Assembly: GCF_006345805.1 (NCBI RefSeq)
Contig: NC_043013.1
Location: 49,228,001 to 49,292,000, forward strand
Origin: Octopus sinensis
Taxonomy: Eukaryota
Reading direction: 5' to 3'
Length of the DNA stretch: 64,000 bases
The number at the start of each line of letters is the position of its first letter. Positions within the stretch are counted from its first letter, which is position 1. Positions 24,209-37,515 of the stretch are shown here, piece by piece. The translations under genes and the position numbers were made by a program. A model generated the notes under the pieces. The model saw nothing but the letters and a program-made list of their open reading frames with translations. It was not told where the DNA came from and did not search any database.

Positions 24209-27200
24209 GTAAGATTCATTTATCATCGCACGATTCCAATGCTAATATCTTCTCCAGCCCTCATGTGAAATGAGGGAGGCAAACCTGTATTTTTTTATAT
24301 ATATCCTTTTATCTTCCTTTCGTGTAGAGAATACCATGTCCTTTTTTTTTTTAATATTATGGAAATGCATCCAAAGTTATCATGGAACCATATTCCTTTG
24401 ATACAGAAATCATTACTAAATCAATCAGATTTTATTTTTTACATCTTATATAATAGCAGACCTTCATAGAATATTGTGAAAGTCTGCTATGAATAAATTA
24501 ATTGGATTATACTCTTTTACTTGGTTCAGTCATTTGACTGTGGCCATGCTAGAGCACCGCCTTTTAGTCGAGTAAATCGACCTCAGGACTTATTCTTTGT
24601 AAGCCTAGTACTTATTCTATCGGTCTCTTTTGCCGAACCGCTAAGTTACGGGGACGTAAGCACACAGGCATCGGTTGTCAAGCGATGTTGGGGGAACAAA
24701 CACTGACACACAAACATATACATACACACACATATATATATACATATATACGACGGGCTTCTTTCAGTTTCCGTCTACCAAATCCACTCACAAAGCTTTG
24801 GTTGGCCCGAGGCTATAGTAGAAGACACTTGCCTAAGGTGCCACGCAGTGGGACTGAACCCGGAACCATGTGGTTGGTAAGCAAGCTACTTACCACACAG
24901 CCAATTTTTATACTAATGTTTTTCATAATGCTTTTATACTAATGCTTTTGTGTTATTATGGTGCCAATATTTGACTGGTTACTATTTCATTGACTCCTAA
25001 GTAAACAACGGGCTTCTAATTGAGAACATAAAGGGGCGTAACTTACTATTAGCGACAGAAGCAGTAGAAAAAAACTATATTGTGGTAGTTACCATGAAAC
25101 TTTCAATTTTGATGCAAATTACACTCTTGTTTATTTTACAAGCGGAGATATAAACTCCTACTACCTCTTGCGCTGACTCCACTAGAACACGTGATTTCGA
25201 CTTGCTTTGGTCTTTTCAATGATGGACGCTCGACCACAAGAGATAGTAGTGATTCATTTCCGCCAGTAATATATGGAATGAGTTTGTGGAGGCGCAATGG
25301 CCCAGTGGTTAGGGCAGCGGACTCGCGGTCGTAGGATCGCGGTTTCGATTCCCAGACCGGGCGTTGTGAGTGTTTATTGAGCGAAAACACCTAAAAGCTC
25401 CACGATGCTCCGGCAGGGGGTGGTGGTGATCCCTGCTGTACTCTTTCACCACAACTTTCTCTCACTCTTACTTCCTGTTTCTGTTGTGCCTGTATTTCAA
25501 AGGGCCGGCCTTGTCACTCTCTGTGTCACGCTGAATATCCCTGAGAACTGCGTTAAGAGTACACGTGTCTGTGGAGTGCTGAGCCGGTTACACGTTAATT
25601 TCACGAGCAGGCTGTTCCGTTGATCGGATCAACCGGAACCCTCGTCGTCGTAACCGACGGAGTGCTTCCATGGAATGAGTGCCAGAACTGGCGCGGGTGG
25701 AGCGATTAGTCAATGGGCTTCTTAAAAAACATTTATTAACAACAGAGGCAGCATTAACATCGAAAGATAATATCTATTCCCACTTAAACGTGGATGTTCT
25801 GTTAGGACAAACTATACTGCGGTAGTTATCACGAGAGAAATTTTCATATTAGCTTTTGGTGCAAAGTGCACTCTTGCCTACATCGCTTGTGGGGTGATAA
25901 ATCCCTGCCACCTTCGGCGCTAAGACCAGCAGATCACGGGATTTTGACCTGCCTTGGTCTTCCCAACGATGGACTCTCGACCTCTAGAAATAGCAACGAC
26001 TCATCTCCCCGCCAGCGATATACAGCATAATATTAAGGCGGTGAGCTGGCAGAAACGTTAGCACGCTGGGCGAAATGCGTAGCCGTATTTCGTCTGCCCT
26101 TACGTTCTGAGTTCAAATTCCGTCGAGGTCGACTTTGCCTTTCATCCTTTCGGGGTCGATAAATTAAGTACCAGTTGTGCACTGGGGTCGATGTAATCAA
26201 CTTAATTCGTTTGTCTGTCCTTGTTTGTCCCCTCTGTGTTTAGCCCCTTGTGGGTAGTAAAGAAACATATATTTAAAAGATACCAGCATATGACCATGTA
26301 TTACCTTGTGGGTAATAAAGAAACAGATATATAGCATAACAGTGCCTCTGTCATTGATAAATATTTTTTATCAAGGCCACTGGCTAATCTTGAAGCGGTT
26401 GAGCGTCAATCATTGACAAGACCAAGGAAGATCTTGTCAATGATGGACCAGATTGAAAGAGGTTGTGTAGTGGACAAGACTGAACTTGCCTCTTTGGCCA
26501 TGTCCGCATCATCTTTCTCAATTTTCGCTTGAGAAAGAAAATAAGGGTGCAGAGAGAAGTGATGCTTTCGAGAAAATTTGTCAAAAGTTAGGAGAGAGTA
26601 GCAAGAATGGTCTGAGAAAAGGGCCTGTTCTAACCATGGGAGAAGCGAATAGAGAGAAGGCACTTACTCTAGAGGTCCGGGTGAAAATGGTTTTCTGAAA
26701 GTATCCCTTCAAAGTCTCCCTACTTTTGTGGAATTTACTTTTAATTTTTGTTTCTTTGCTTATGCAATTTTCACTGTTTATACACGTTCACATGACCCTA
26801 CATCATATCACATCATATTGCATTGTATTGTTCTGTAATTTTCTCGAGCTCTTTCTAAACGCCTAGTGATTAATAAAGGCAATCATCATTATCATCATTA
26901 AGACGACGAAGTGGTAGAATCGTTAGCACGCCGGACAAAATGATTTGCAACATTTCTTCCGGCTTTATGTTCTAAGCTCAAACATCACCTTTCATCCTTT
27001 CGGGGTCTATAGAATAATTACAAATTGAGCCCTGAGGTCGATGTAACTGACTTATCCCTTCCCCTAAAATTGCAGACCTTGTGCCATATTTGAAACTATT
27101 ATTATTTGGTAATGTCCCCAAAGCTCCGATGGCCATAAGTAAATTTTGAGACCTCTATTTCACGGTCCTTTTATTTACTAAACGTTTTGAATGTTTTTAC

Positions 27201-29174
27201 AGAAATGTTGCTTTCTGCTAGGATTGATATATTTATAAACAAACATGATTTGCCAACATGATTTTGTACAATTTCAGGTCTGATTATCTCAATCAGTTTG
27301 AATAATCAAAGAACGTTGATATCTTTATTTTCTACGACTTTGGCAGGCTTATGTTCCCACCATTTCTTCTCATATGGGAGTCTACACTTAAGGCATATAA
27401 ACCTGTGCAAATACTGACAATGGCTCTATGTGAGCCTCAAATGAATATATTCATTTGAGGCTAGCATAAAGCATCCAGAGATGAAGTGGTCAATTGTTTC
27501 TCTGGCTGCACCAAAACTTTTGCAGGCAGAATCAGTGCCATTTTTTAAAAATGCCTGCTTGATAGTTTGTGGAGGGCAGACAATGATCCTGAGTGGCCGT
27601 AGTGAAGCTTACTATTTCTGCTTTAAGTCTCCGTGCAGCCACAGAATCGCTGACCCTTGTAGGGTATTTGCTATGCAATGCCTTACTTTCCCATCTATTT
27701 CACAGCTCTGGGATTCCATTTGTTTGTATTTCAGCGTGTGTTCCTCTGTTTCATTTATTGCGCCTCAGTCACGCTGATCTTTAATTCCTTTACAGTTTTC
27801 CTTACTTCTGATATCCAGTAGAGTTCATCTAGTCACTCGTATTCTTTACATAAGTGTCTAACCCTATGGTTTATATCAGTGGACTTGCCGCTTGACACCT
27901 GGAGTGGTAGTGTGTGCCACTGAATAGCGTCTTGGATCACAGGGAAAAGGGACTGTTAAACTTTTTCTCCGATCCTCAGGCGGACAACAACTAGGCAGTT
28001 ATGAGCAAAGGGGCCAGCCTCATTCAGAAATAGTCTGGAAGGAATTTCCCTCTGAAAGGTTTTTACAGCTGGATGCCCTTCCTAACGCCAGCCACTTTAC
28101 ATTGTCTAGTGCTTGATGTTTCTCGTTCCACCGGCATTAGTGAGGTTACAAGCCTATGAAACTCGAGTGGAAGGGCTTTATGCTAGCAGATGAGGATATG
28201 AGAGATGGGGCAGAGAAGGGTTTTGCTGTAGAGGAGATAACTGGCTTCTCACGTTTAGATGAGAGTAAGAAATGAATCAGTAGCTGTTGCAAAGAAATAA
28301 ATATTGATGATGAGATGTCCAGGTAGCCCTTTAAAATACATGCAGAGAGGTACTTCAAACAACATGGCTGGACACGACATCAACAACAACACAATCGAGA
28401 AACAGAACGAAAATAACAGCTCAACAGGTAAACAAATTCTTTCTAGCTGTAGTTGTAGGAGAAACTGTAACCACAAAACTCATTTCTCTTGGAGTTATGA
28501 ATTGAATAATGATCTTATTTAACTGCTACGAAAAAAGGAAACAAAACTCCGCTGTTGGCTATATGAAACGATTGAAATCATATTGGAGCGATCTGCATCC
28601 AGAATTAAATCATTTTACTGCGAAGCAACTACGCCAAAAAGCAACATTTGTAGGACATATATTTCTTTATTGCCCACAAGGGGTTAAACATAGAGGGGAC
28701 AAACAAGGACAGACGAACGGATTAAGTCGATTACAGCGACCCCAGTGCGTAACTGGTACTTAATTTATCGAACCCGAAAAGATGAAAGGCAAAGTCGACC
28801 TCGGCGGAATTTGAACTCAGAACGTAAAGGGCAGACGAAATACGGCTACGCATTTCGCCCGGCCTGCTAACGTTTCTGCCAGCTTGCCGCCTTCTACATT
28901 TGTAGAACATAGAAAGAAGGTTTGTAACTGTAACTTTATTAAGAAATGGAAAATTAACCTTCTAACCAACTCTATAAACAAAAACGAAAACGTGAATGGT
29001 ATTAAGACCACCACGTGATTTCGCAGATAGCGACATTCCAACAGATTCTATAGAGACTGCCAGCCAAACTACATTACTGGCTCAAGTAACTGACCACTGT
29101 CCCCCTACTACGACTATGGTAAATAGCAGGCACAACTGCAACAATTGCAGTAGTAGTAGTAGTAGTAGTAGTGT

Positions 29175-29235
<61 letters not shown>

Positions 29236-29254
29236 GGTGGTGGTGGTGGTGGTG

Positions 29255-29319
<65 letters not shown>

Positions 29320-32264
29320 CAGGATTGTATGCCGGTGAAATGTGCCCTTACTGAGCGCCTATCTATATGCTCTGGGTACCACTGTAAAACAGTAGACGTA
29401 TGATATTCAAAAAGTAAACAAAACCGATATAAAGTACCATCGTGGGTTTTGAAAACAGAGGAAAAGATAACTGGTTTACGGAAGACTGATGGTCTTCTGT
29501 AATCAATGATGCTTATTGCATGCAAACAAGCAAATCACAATACGTCCCACCAACCGAAAGTAAAGAAGGAGATAGAAATGATGTTTGGAGACAGCAAAAA
29601 GAGGACACTCACTTGCAAAGTGATTACCCTCAAGCAGGAGCTAAAAACTGTCAAGGGAAAAACTCCGACATCAGAAGAGAATAACCGAGAGAATAACAAT
29701 AAGCAAAACACTTAACCGCAACCAGGCAGCAGTATAGAGACATGAGAGGAGGAGCAGTGAACATCACAGAAGCTCCTTCACGAGAAGACATAGACTCCTT
29801 CTGAAAGAAAATCTGGAGTGAAGAGAAGGAATTTAACCAAGACACTCTGTGGCTGGAAGAAATCCGAAAACGTTATTGCTCCTGGATTACATCCAAGACA
29901 TACAACATTGATGGTGAAACTTGCAACTGTGATCCAGAAACTCCACGATGGAAAAGCGCATGGAAGAGACTTGATTGTTGGATATTGGTACAAGAAGCTA
30001 ACATTCTACCAAATATATCTTATCAATCTGTACCAGCAAGCTTGTATTAGTAACAGTAGCATACCACACTGGTTAGCTTTGGCAGAGACAAAATTGATCC
30101 CCAAATGCAGAACCACTCACATGGCAAAAAACTACCGGTCAATTGCATGCCAGAACTTAATGTATAAAATATATACAGCATGTTTAAACCTCTTCCTCCA
30201 GGACCATTGTGAAAGTAATATCAAGCAGATAGGAAGAAGGGAGTCTGGAGATGTGCCGAACAATTGTTAATCAACAAAACTGTGGTGTCAGACGTGTGAG
30301 AGCTTAGGATGAACCTAGTTTCAATGTGGCTAGACTACAAGAAAGATTTTGCTTCTGTTCCCCACTCATGGATGCTAGACGCCCTTCAGCTTGCTAAAGT
30401 TCCAGTGAGAATAATCAAAGCCATAGTTGACCTGAATTCATCGTGCGCCACCATCTTGAAATTAAACACAAAGTGTAACTGTATTATCACCGATAGAATA
30501 CAGTATCGCAAAGGTGTATTCCAAGGAGACAGCCTCTCTGTGATGTTGTTTATACTCTCCGTAATCTCCTTGTCATTCATGGTAAGGAACACTGAAGGGT
30601 ATCTCAAGGAAACAGAAATGCCAAAATTACGCACTCTTTCTTTGTAGATGACTTAAAACTTTATGTAAAGTATGCAAGAGATGAAAAAGAGCCTTGACCT
30701 AGTTACAACATTCTCAAAGGATGTAGGATTGGAGTTTGGTCAGGATGAATGTTGTTATATGGTTGTGAAAAGGGGGAAAACTATAAACCAGACTAGTAAC
30801 ATCTCCATTAATGATTTAACTGTTTCCCCTGCATCTGACGAGGAATGTTACAGGTGTCTAGGGGTAGATGAAAATATATCTTACAGTGGCACGCACCTAT
30901 AACAAAACACATGTCACTAAAGAATATTACAACCGAATAAAGAAAATTTGGACCTCAGGACTCTCTGCATCCAATAAAACAGTGGCCCACAATGTGTTTG
31001 CAGTGCCAGCACTCACACCAACATTTGGGCTGCTGGATTAGACGCTTGATGAGATCCGAGCCATTGATGTGAAAGCCCGAAAAATTCTAAGAAGCACACA
31101 TAATTTCCACATAAACAGTGATGAAGACCGCCTCTACCAAAAACGAAAACAAGGAGGAAGAAGCTTAACATCGATCCAAAATACTTTTGAATGTCGCATC
31201 ATATCCCTCCGGCAACATCTTTTAACCACCAAGTGTCGAAGTGCATCCCTTGAGCAAGTTTGTATACATGAGGCTGATAGCATCATAAGACTTGGAAGGC
31301 AGCTCCTTGAGCAACACTCTTTGTCTGATAACCTAGAATACATGCCCAAAGAAGTCACACGACTCTACCGTAACGTATCATCAGATGAAAGGATGAGCCT
31401 GTATGAGCAGAAGACTATGCATGGATATGTTAGTAGAAAGCACCGTGATGATAGCAACATCGATCATCAAAGCAGTTTAGCATGGACCAATAGCCGGATT
31501 ACTACCTCCCACTTTGAAGGATGTGCGTTTGCAATCCAGAAACAGGAAATATCAAACAAGTGCCTGAGGCACAAAAGGAATAGAGATACAGGTAAAACCG
31601 TAAAGTGTTACAACCGATGCAGACTTTGTGGAGTTCGTCATCACGGTATTATCTACCGATGAAATATGACGTTGTAGCTAGGACACTCTATAATGAAATC
31701 CGTCGGGAGGATAATCCCGAGGATAAAGATATAGGTACCCACAATATGGTAGAAGCCATAGCCACTCATAATAAAAAAGAACAATGGTGGAATGTACCAG
31801 TGAAGACCTTAATAAGATGTAGGCACAGCAGACCTGAGATGATGATTTGGGGTAGAGAAGAGAAACTGTGCACAGTTGTGGAAAGTTGCTGCCCAGCGGA
31901 TGTAAACATAAAGCTGAAGATCAGTGACAAAGAGAACACCTATGCTGAACTATTGAGGAGTCTGCAGTTACTCTATCCAGATTACAAATTCGGGTTTATA
32001 TCTATAATTATTGGGGCTCAGGGATATGTAAAACACTGCCTAGATACCAATCTTGAGTAATTAGGTTTCTCAAAACCAGAAAGGAGAAAGCTAATTCGAA
32101 GAATACAGATCTAATCCATCACTGGAACTGTAAAAATCTATAAAACTTTCCAGAAGTTCATCATTTGAATACATATGAGCATGTCTAAATATACAACTAT
32201 ATGCATGAGAATACATACATAAAGCAAAACATACGAATCTGCACATATACATACATACATGTAT

Positions 32265-32295
<31 letters not shown>

Positions 32296-32949
32296 TACAT
32301 ACATACATACATACATACATACATACATACATACATACATACATACATACATACATACATACATACAAGAATACCCTGTTGTTGATGTTGAAATTCCAAT
32401 GAAGGAGCCTTGGATCTAGGTTAGAAACCAGTTCTTTCTCTATTGGCTAGAAATCTTGAAATAAGCTAAATATCGACATACATAAGAACCCACTGTATGG
32501 TGGAAGTCACAGCCATTCATAATAAAAAGGAGTACTGGGGGAATATCTCAGAAAAAACCTCAATAAATGTCGACGCAATAGGCTTGATATAGTAATTTGG
32601 GACAGAGAAGAGAAACTGTATACAATTGTGAAATCAGTTGTTCAGAAGATATTATCATGAATCTAAAAATCAACAAAGAATAAAATAGCTACGCTGAACT
32701 GTTGAGGAATCTCTAGCTACTCTATCCAGGTTAAAAGTTCAGGTTTTTACCTGTAATTATTGGGGGCACTGAGATGTGCAACACACTGCCTAAACACCAG
32801 TCTTGAGAAATTAGGCTTCTCAAAATCAGAAATGAAAAAGCTGATTCAAAGACTACAGATCCAAACCATCACTGGAACTGTAGAAATTCCTTAATTTTAT
32901 CATTTGAGTATGTATGAACATGTCTAGACATGCAACAATATGCATGAGA

Positions 32950-33004
<55 letters not shown>

Positions 33005-33226
33005 ATACATACATACATACATACGTACATACATACATACATACATACGTACCTGCATACGTACGTTCATACATACATACATACATACATACATACATAC
33101 ATACACACATGCATACATACATACACACATGCATACATACATACATACATACACACATGCATACATACATACATACATACACACATACATACAAACATAC
33201 ATACATACATACACACATGCATACAT

Positions 33227-33257
<31 letters not shown>

Positions 33258-34184
33258 TACATACATACATACATACATACATACGTACATACATACATAC
33301 ATACATATATACATACACACATGCATACATACATACATACATACATGCATACATACATACATACATACATATATACATACATACATACATACATACGTAC
33401 ATACATACATACGTACATACATACGTACATACATACATACGTACATATATACATACACACATACATACATACACACATACATGCATACACACATACATAC
33501 ATACATACACACATGCATACATACACACATGCATACATACATACATACACACATACATACACACATACATACATACATACATACATACATACACACATAC
33601 ATACACACATACATACACACATACATACATACATACATACATACATACACACATACATACATACATACATACATACATACATGCATACATACATACATAC
33701 GTACACACATGCATACATACATACATACATACATACATACATACATACATACATACATACATACATACATACATACATACATGAAAGGGCCTTGGATCTA
33801 GATGTAAACCCGGGTCTTTCTATATTGGAAAAGAAATCTTGAAATAAAACTGAATAATGACATATATATACATATTTTGTGAGCTCCCTCCAACCCTTTC
33901 AAGTTGTGCAAGTATTTCCTCTTTGTATGATTAATTTTCTAACTTAACAGACAACAGCTCTATTTACTAGCTGCAGACATTCTGTTTAATCTTGGTATTC
34001 TGCTGTCTTTTTTTTTTTAGGAGTGGCTGTGTGGTAAGTAGCTTGCTTACCAACCACATGGTTCCGGGTTCAGTCCCACTGCGTGGCACCATGGGCAAGT
34101 GTCTTCTACTATAGCCTCGGGCCAACCAAAGCCTTGTGAGTGGATTTGGTAGACGGAAACTGAAAGAAGCCCGTCGTATATATG

Positions 34185-34237
<53 letters not shown>

Positions 34238-37200
34238 TTGTGTGTCTGTGTTTGTCCCCCCCCCCAATATCGCTTGACAACCGATGCTGGTGTGTTTACG
34301 TCCCCGTCACTTAACGGTTCGGCAAAAGAGACCGATAGAATAAGTACTGGGCTTACAAAGAATAAGTCCTGGGGTCGATTTTCTCGACTAAAGGCGGTGC
34401 TCCAGCATGGCCGCAGTCAAATGACTGAAACAAGTAAAAGAAAGCAAAGAGTATAATGCTCAGCTGATATTTTTTATGTCTATAAATTTTGGTGAAACTT
34501 TTTTCATTGGAAGATGTAAATAAAAATGCCAAAATAACAGAAAAATAAGGGGATTGTATTTATCACTCCCCAAATACTATACAGTTTTGATTACTTTCAA
34601 TATATGCAACATTTTTGGAATTAGGAAGATTACTTTTTTACGGAGATGTACTTGCATAGCAAGTGATTTGATCTGAGATCGTGTGCTGGAACGAAAGCAA
34701 TTGCAGCGTGGAAGGTGTTTGTAAGCCATTTAAGAAACACACAAAAGCCGTTCGATTCACTTCAACATTTAAGTTTAATTTGTCAAAATATTTTTGTTGC
34801 TTTGAGACTGCGACCTGTTCACTGACAAAACTTCTGAGATGCAGCACGAAGTTTTGTCAGTGAACAGGTCGCGATCTCAAAGCGACGAAAATATTTTGAC
34901 AAATTAAATTTATATGTTGAAGTGAATCTAACGGTTTTTGTGTGTTTCTTAAATCTTATCTTATCTTATCTTTACTGCCCACAGGGGGATAAACACAGAG
35001 AGGATAAAACAAGGACAGACAAACGGATTAAGTCGATTATATCGACCCCAGTGCGTAACTGGTACTTATTTAATCGACCCCGAAAGGATGAAAGGCAAAG
35101 TCGACCGCGGCGGTCGAACTCAGAACGTAACGGCAGACGAAATACTGCTAAGCATTTCGCCCGGCGTGCTAACGTTTCTGCCAGCTCGCCGCCTTATTTG
35201 TGTGTTTCTTAAATGGCTTATAAACACCTTCCACGCTGCAATTGTTTTCGTTCCAGCACACGATCTCAGATCAAGTCACTTGCTATGCAAGTACATCTCC
35301 GTAATAATAATATTTATAATATCATGTTACCAAATAGTGTTTCAGATATTTACACTACTATAAATTATTAATGGAAGGCGGTGAGCTGGCAGAAACGTTA
35401 GCACGCCGGGCGAAATGCGTTGCCGTATTTCGTCTGCCGTTACGTTCCGAGTTCAAATTCCGCCGAGGTCGACTTTGCCTTTCATCCTTCCGGGGTCGAT
35501 GAATTAAGTACCAGTTACGCACTGGGGTCGATGTAATCGACTTAATCCGTTTGTCTGTCCTTGTTTGTCTCCTCTGTGTTTAGCCCCTTGTGGGTAGTAA
35601 AGAAATATATAAATTATTAATGGAAATCGAATAAATATAAGTATTTTATACAAGTATTATAAGTCGTACGTTTTCCTGTTATAACGGCTAAAGGTAACAT
35701 ACAGTCACGTCGTTAGTTATTTTTAGTATAGAGATGTTATGATCTGTATTCATTTCAGGAAAATGGAGCCGAGCTGGTTCGTATTGGGAACATAGATGAA
35801 CATAACTTCATTAAAAGTCAGTGGGAAATACTTTACACGGACAGGTAAGCTGCTCATTGATATCTTTAGCATCGAAAATATTGTATTTCATTAACAAAAA
35901 GTAATTCATGTTTAATATACAGAATAAGAAATTTCCTTGTTACTTACTTTGGAAGCACTCCGTCGGTTACGACGACGAGGGTTCCGGTTGATCCGATCAA
36001 CGGAACAGCCTGCTCGTGAAATTAACGTGTAAGTGGCTGAGCACTCCACAGACACGTGTACCCTTAACGTAGTTCTCGGGGATATTCAGTGTGACACAGA
36101 GAGTGACAAGGCCGGCCCTTTGAAATACAGGTACAACAGAAACAGGAAGTAAGAGTGAGAGAAAGTTGTGGTGAAAGAGTACAGCAGGGATCACCACCAT
36201 CCATGCCGGAGCCTCGTGGAGCTTTAGGTGTCTTCGCTCAATAAACACTCACAACGCCCGGTCTGGGAATCGAAACCGCGATCCTACGACCGCGAGTCCG
36301 CTGCCCTAACCACTGGGCCATTGCGCCTCCACGTTACTTACTTTACCAGCTAAAGAATTAGCTGTCGTTAAGCGTACTAGTAATCTGCTGATGTTCGATC
36401 TAATCGGCTATATCTTCCTCCTTACAAAATATGAGGCCTCATGCCTGTATTAGTAACAACTATATGGATTAACCTTTTATAATTACAAACGAAATGGCAT
36501 ACAGTACTCGTTGCTTTTAATGTAAATGTATATTAATTGTCATACTTGTTATTATTTATTAGAAGAATAGAAACCAACTCACATAGTATTTTGATGAGCT
36601 TTAATTTGAACCCGTGTCTTATAACCTGTACTCGTAATTCTTATGATTAAATCTTATGTTTGGGATGATCAAAAGAAACAGAAGTTTACATTTTAGGAAT
36701 CTGGGCAGAATATTACATCCGATACACAAGGTAATTTTATATATTAGGCAAAATATTTGGTAATTTCTTTGAAAGCACAAAATAGTTTTACCAGTTATTC
36801 AATACATGCCATAGTGTTTCTCATAAACAAAATAACACTTTAAATGACCGAATAGGTCTTAAAAACTGTTGAAGTAATCGCCAGATATTGCTTACCCTAA
36901 AAGTGTTCATGCTTTTGTACACGCGAGACGCATTTATTCAATATTAACTAACTTAATTTTCTCTATATTTCACTACTGTTTACTTGAAGCTCTGTCTCGT
37001 GGACGGGTGGTCAAAGAGATCCAATAGAAAACATTATATTCAAATGGCTTCCCGGGAACATGCGTGTGCAAGATAGCCTTGATTATTGGCTGAGTGAAGA
37101 TGAAAAGACAAAACCAGGAAATCAACTTGTGTACAAGAAAAACGGTTAGTAATGTGTGATTTTTGATTATTGGATATATTTTTTTTCCTTACAGATAGTT

Positions 37201-37481
37201 ATAGAAACTTGGTTGATACTGATGCATTTTCCGAAGCATTTGGAGGTTGAATAAGGAATTTTCTCTCTCGCCCTTTTTCTCCCTACCCACAACACGCATG
37301 TATGCGTTCATATGCGCACACACACACACACATACACACACTCACACACACGCACACACACACGCACACACATAGACAAATGTATACACACACACACACA
37401 TTGTCAATGGATTCCGACACATATTACACATACACCATGTTGAATGTTCCGGATAGATAAATAGATAAATCCCTGCCTTCA

Positions 37482-37515
<34 letters not shown>

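Larger units (their letters stand above)
28300..32480 (+). mobile_element. Long degraded Dong/R4-clade retrotransposon
   Basis: N-terminal WSYELNNDL..CY..GYMKRLKSYW; KNYRSIAC; WLDYKK..SVPHSW; KGVFQGDSLS; FVDDLK; CRLCG; RPEMMIW. Confidence 0.88.
34638..35304. mobile_element. ~400 bp palindromic element (two ~200 bp inverted arms, 13 nt spacer) interrupted by SINE A
   Basis: ttacggagatgtacttgcatagcaag .. cttgctatgcaagtacatctccgtaa; centre at 34835-34847. Confidence 0.85.

Noticed and set aside
32853-33842. Long ORFs (235-309 aa) of MYVC/HTYI repeats
   Set aside because: Translations of a stop-free (CATA)n microsatellite; the same applies to the poly-L/I/Y/N and HT/CV ORFs elsewhere.
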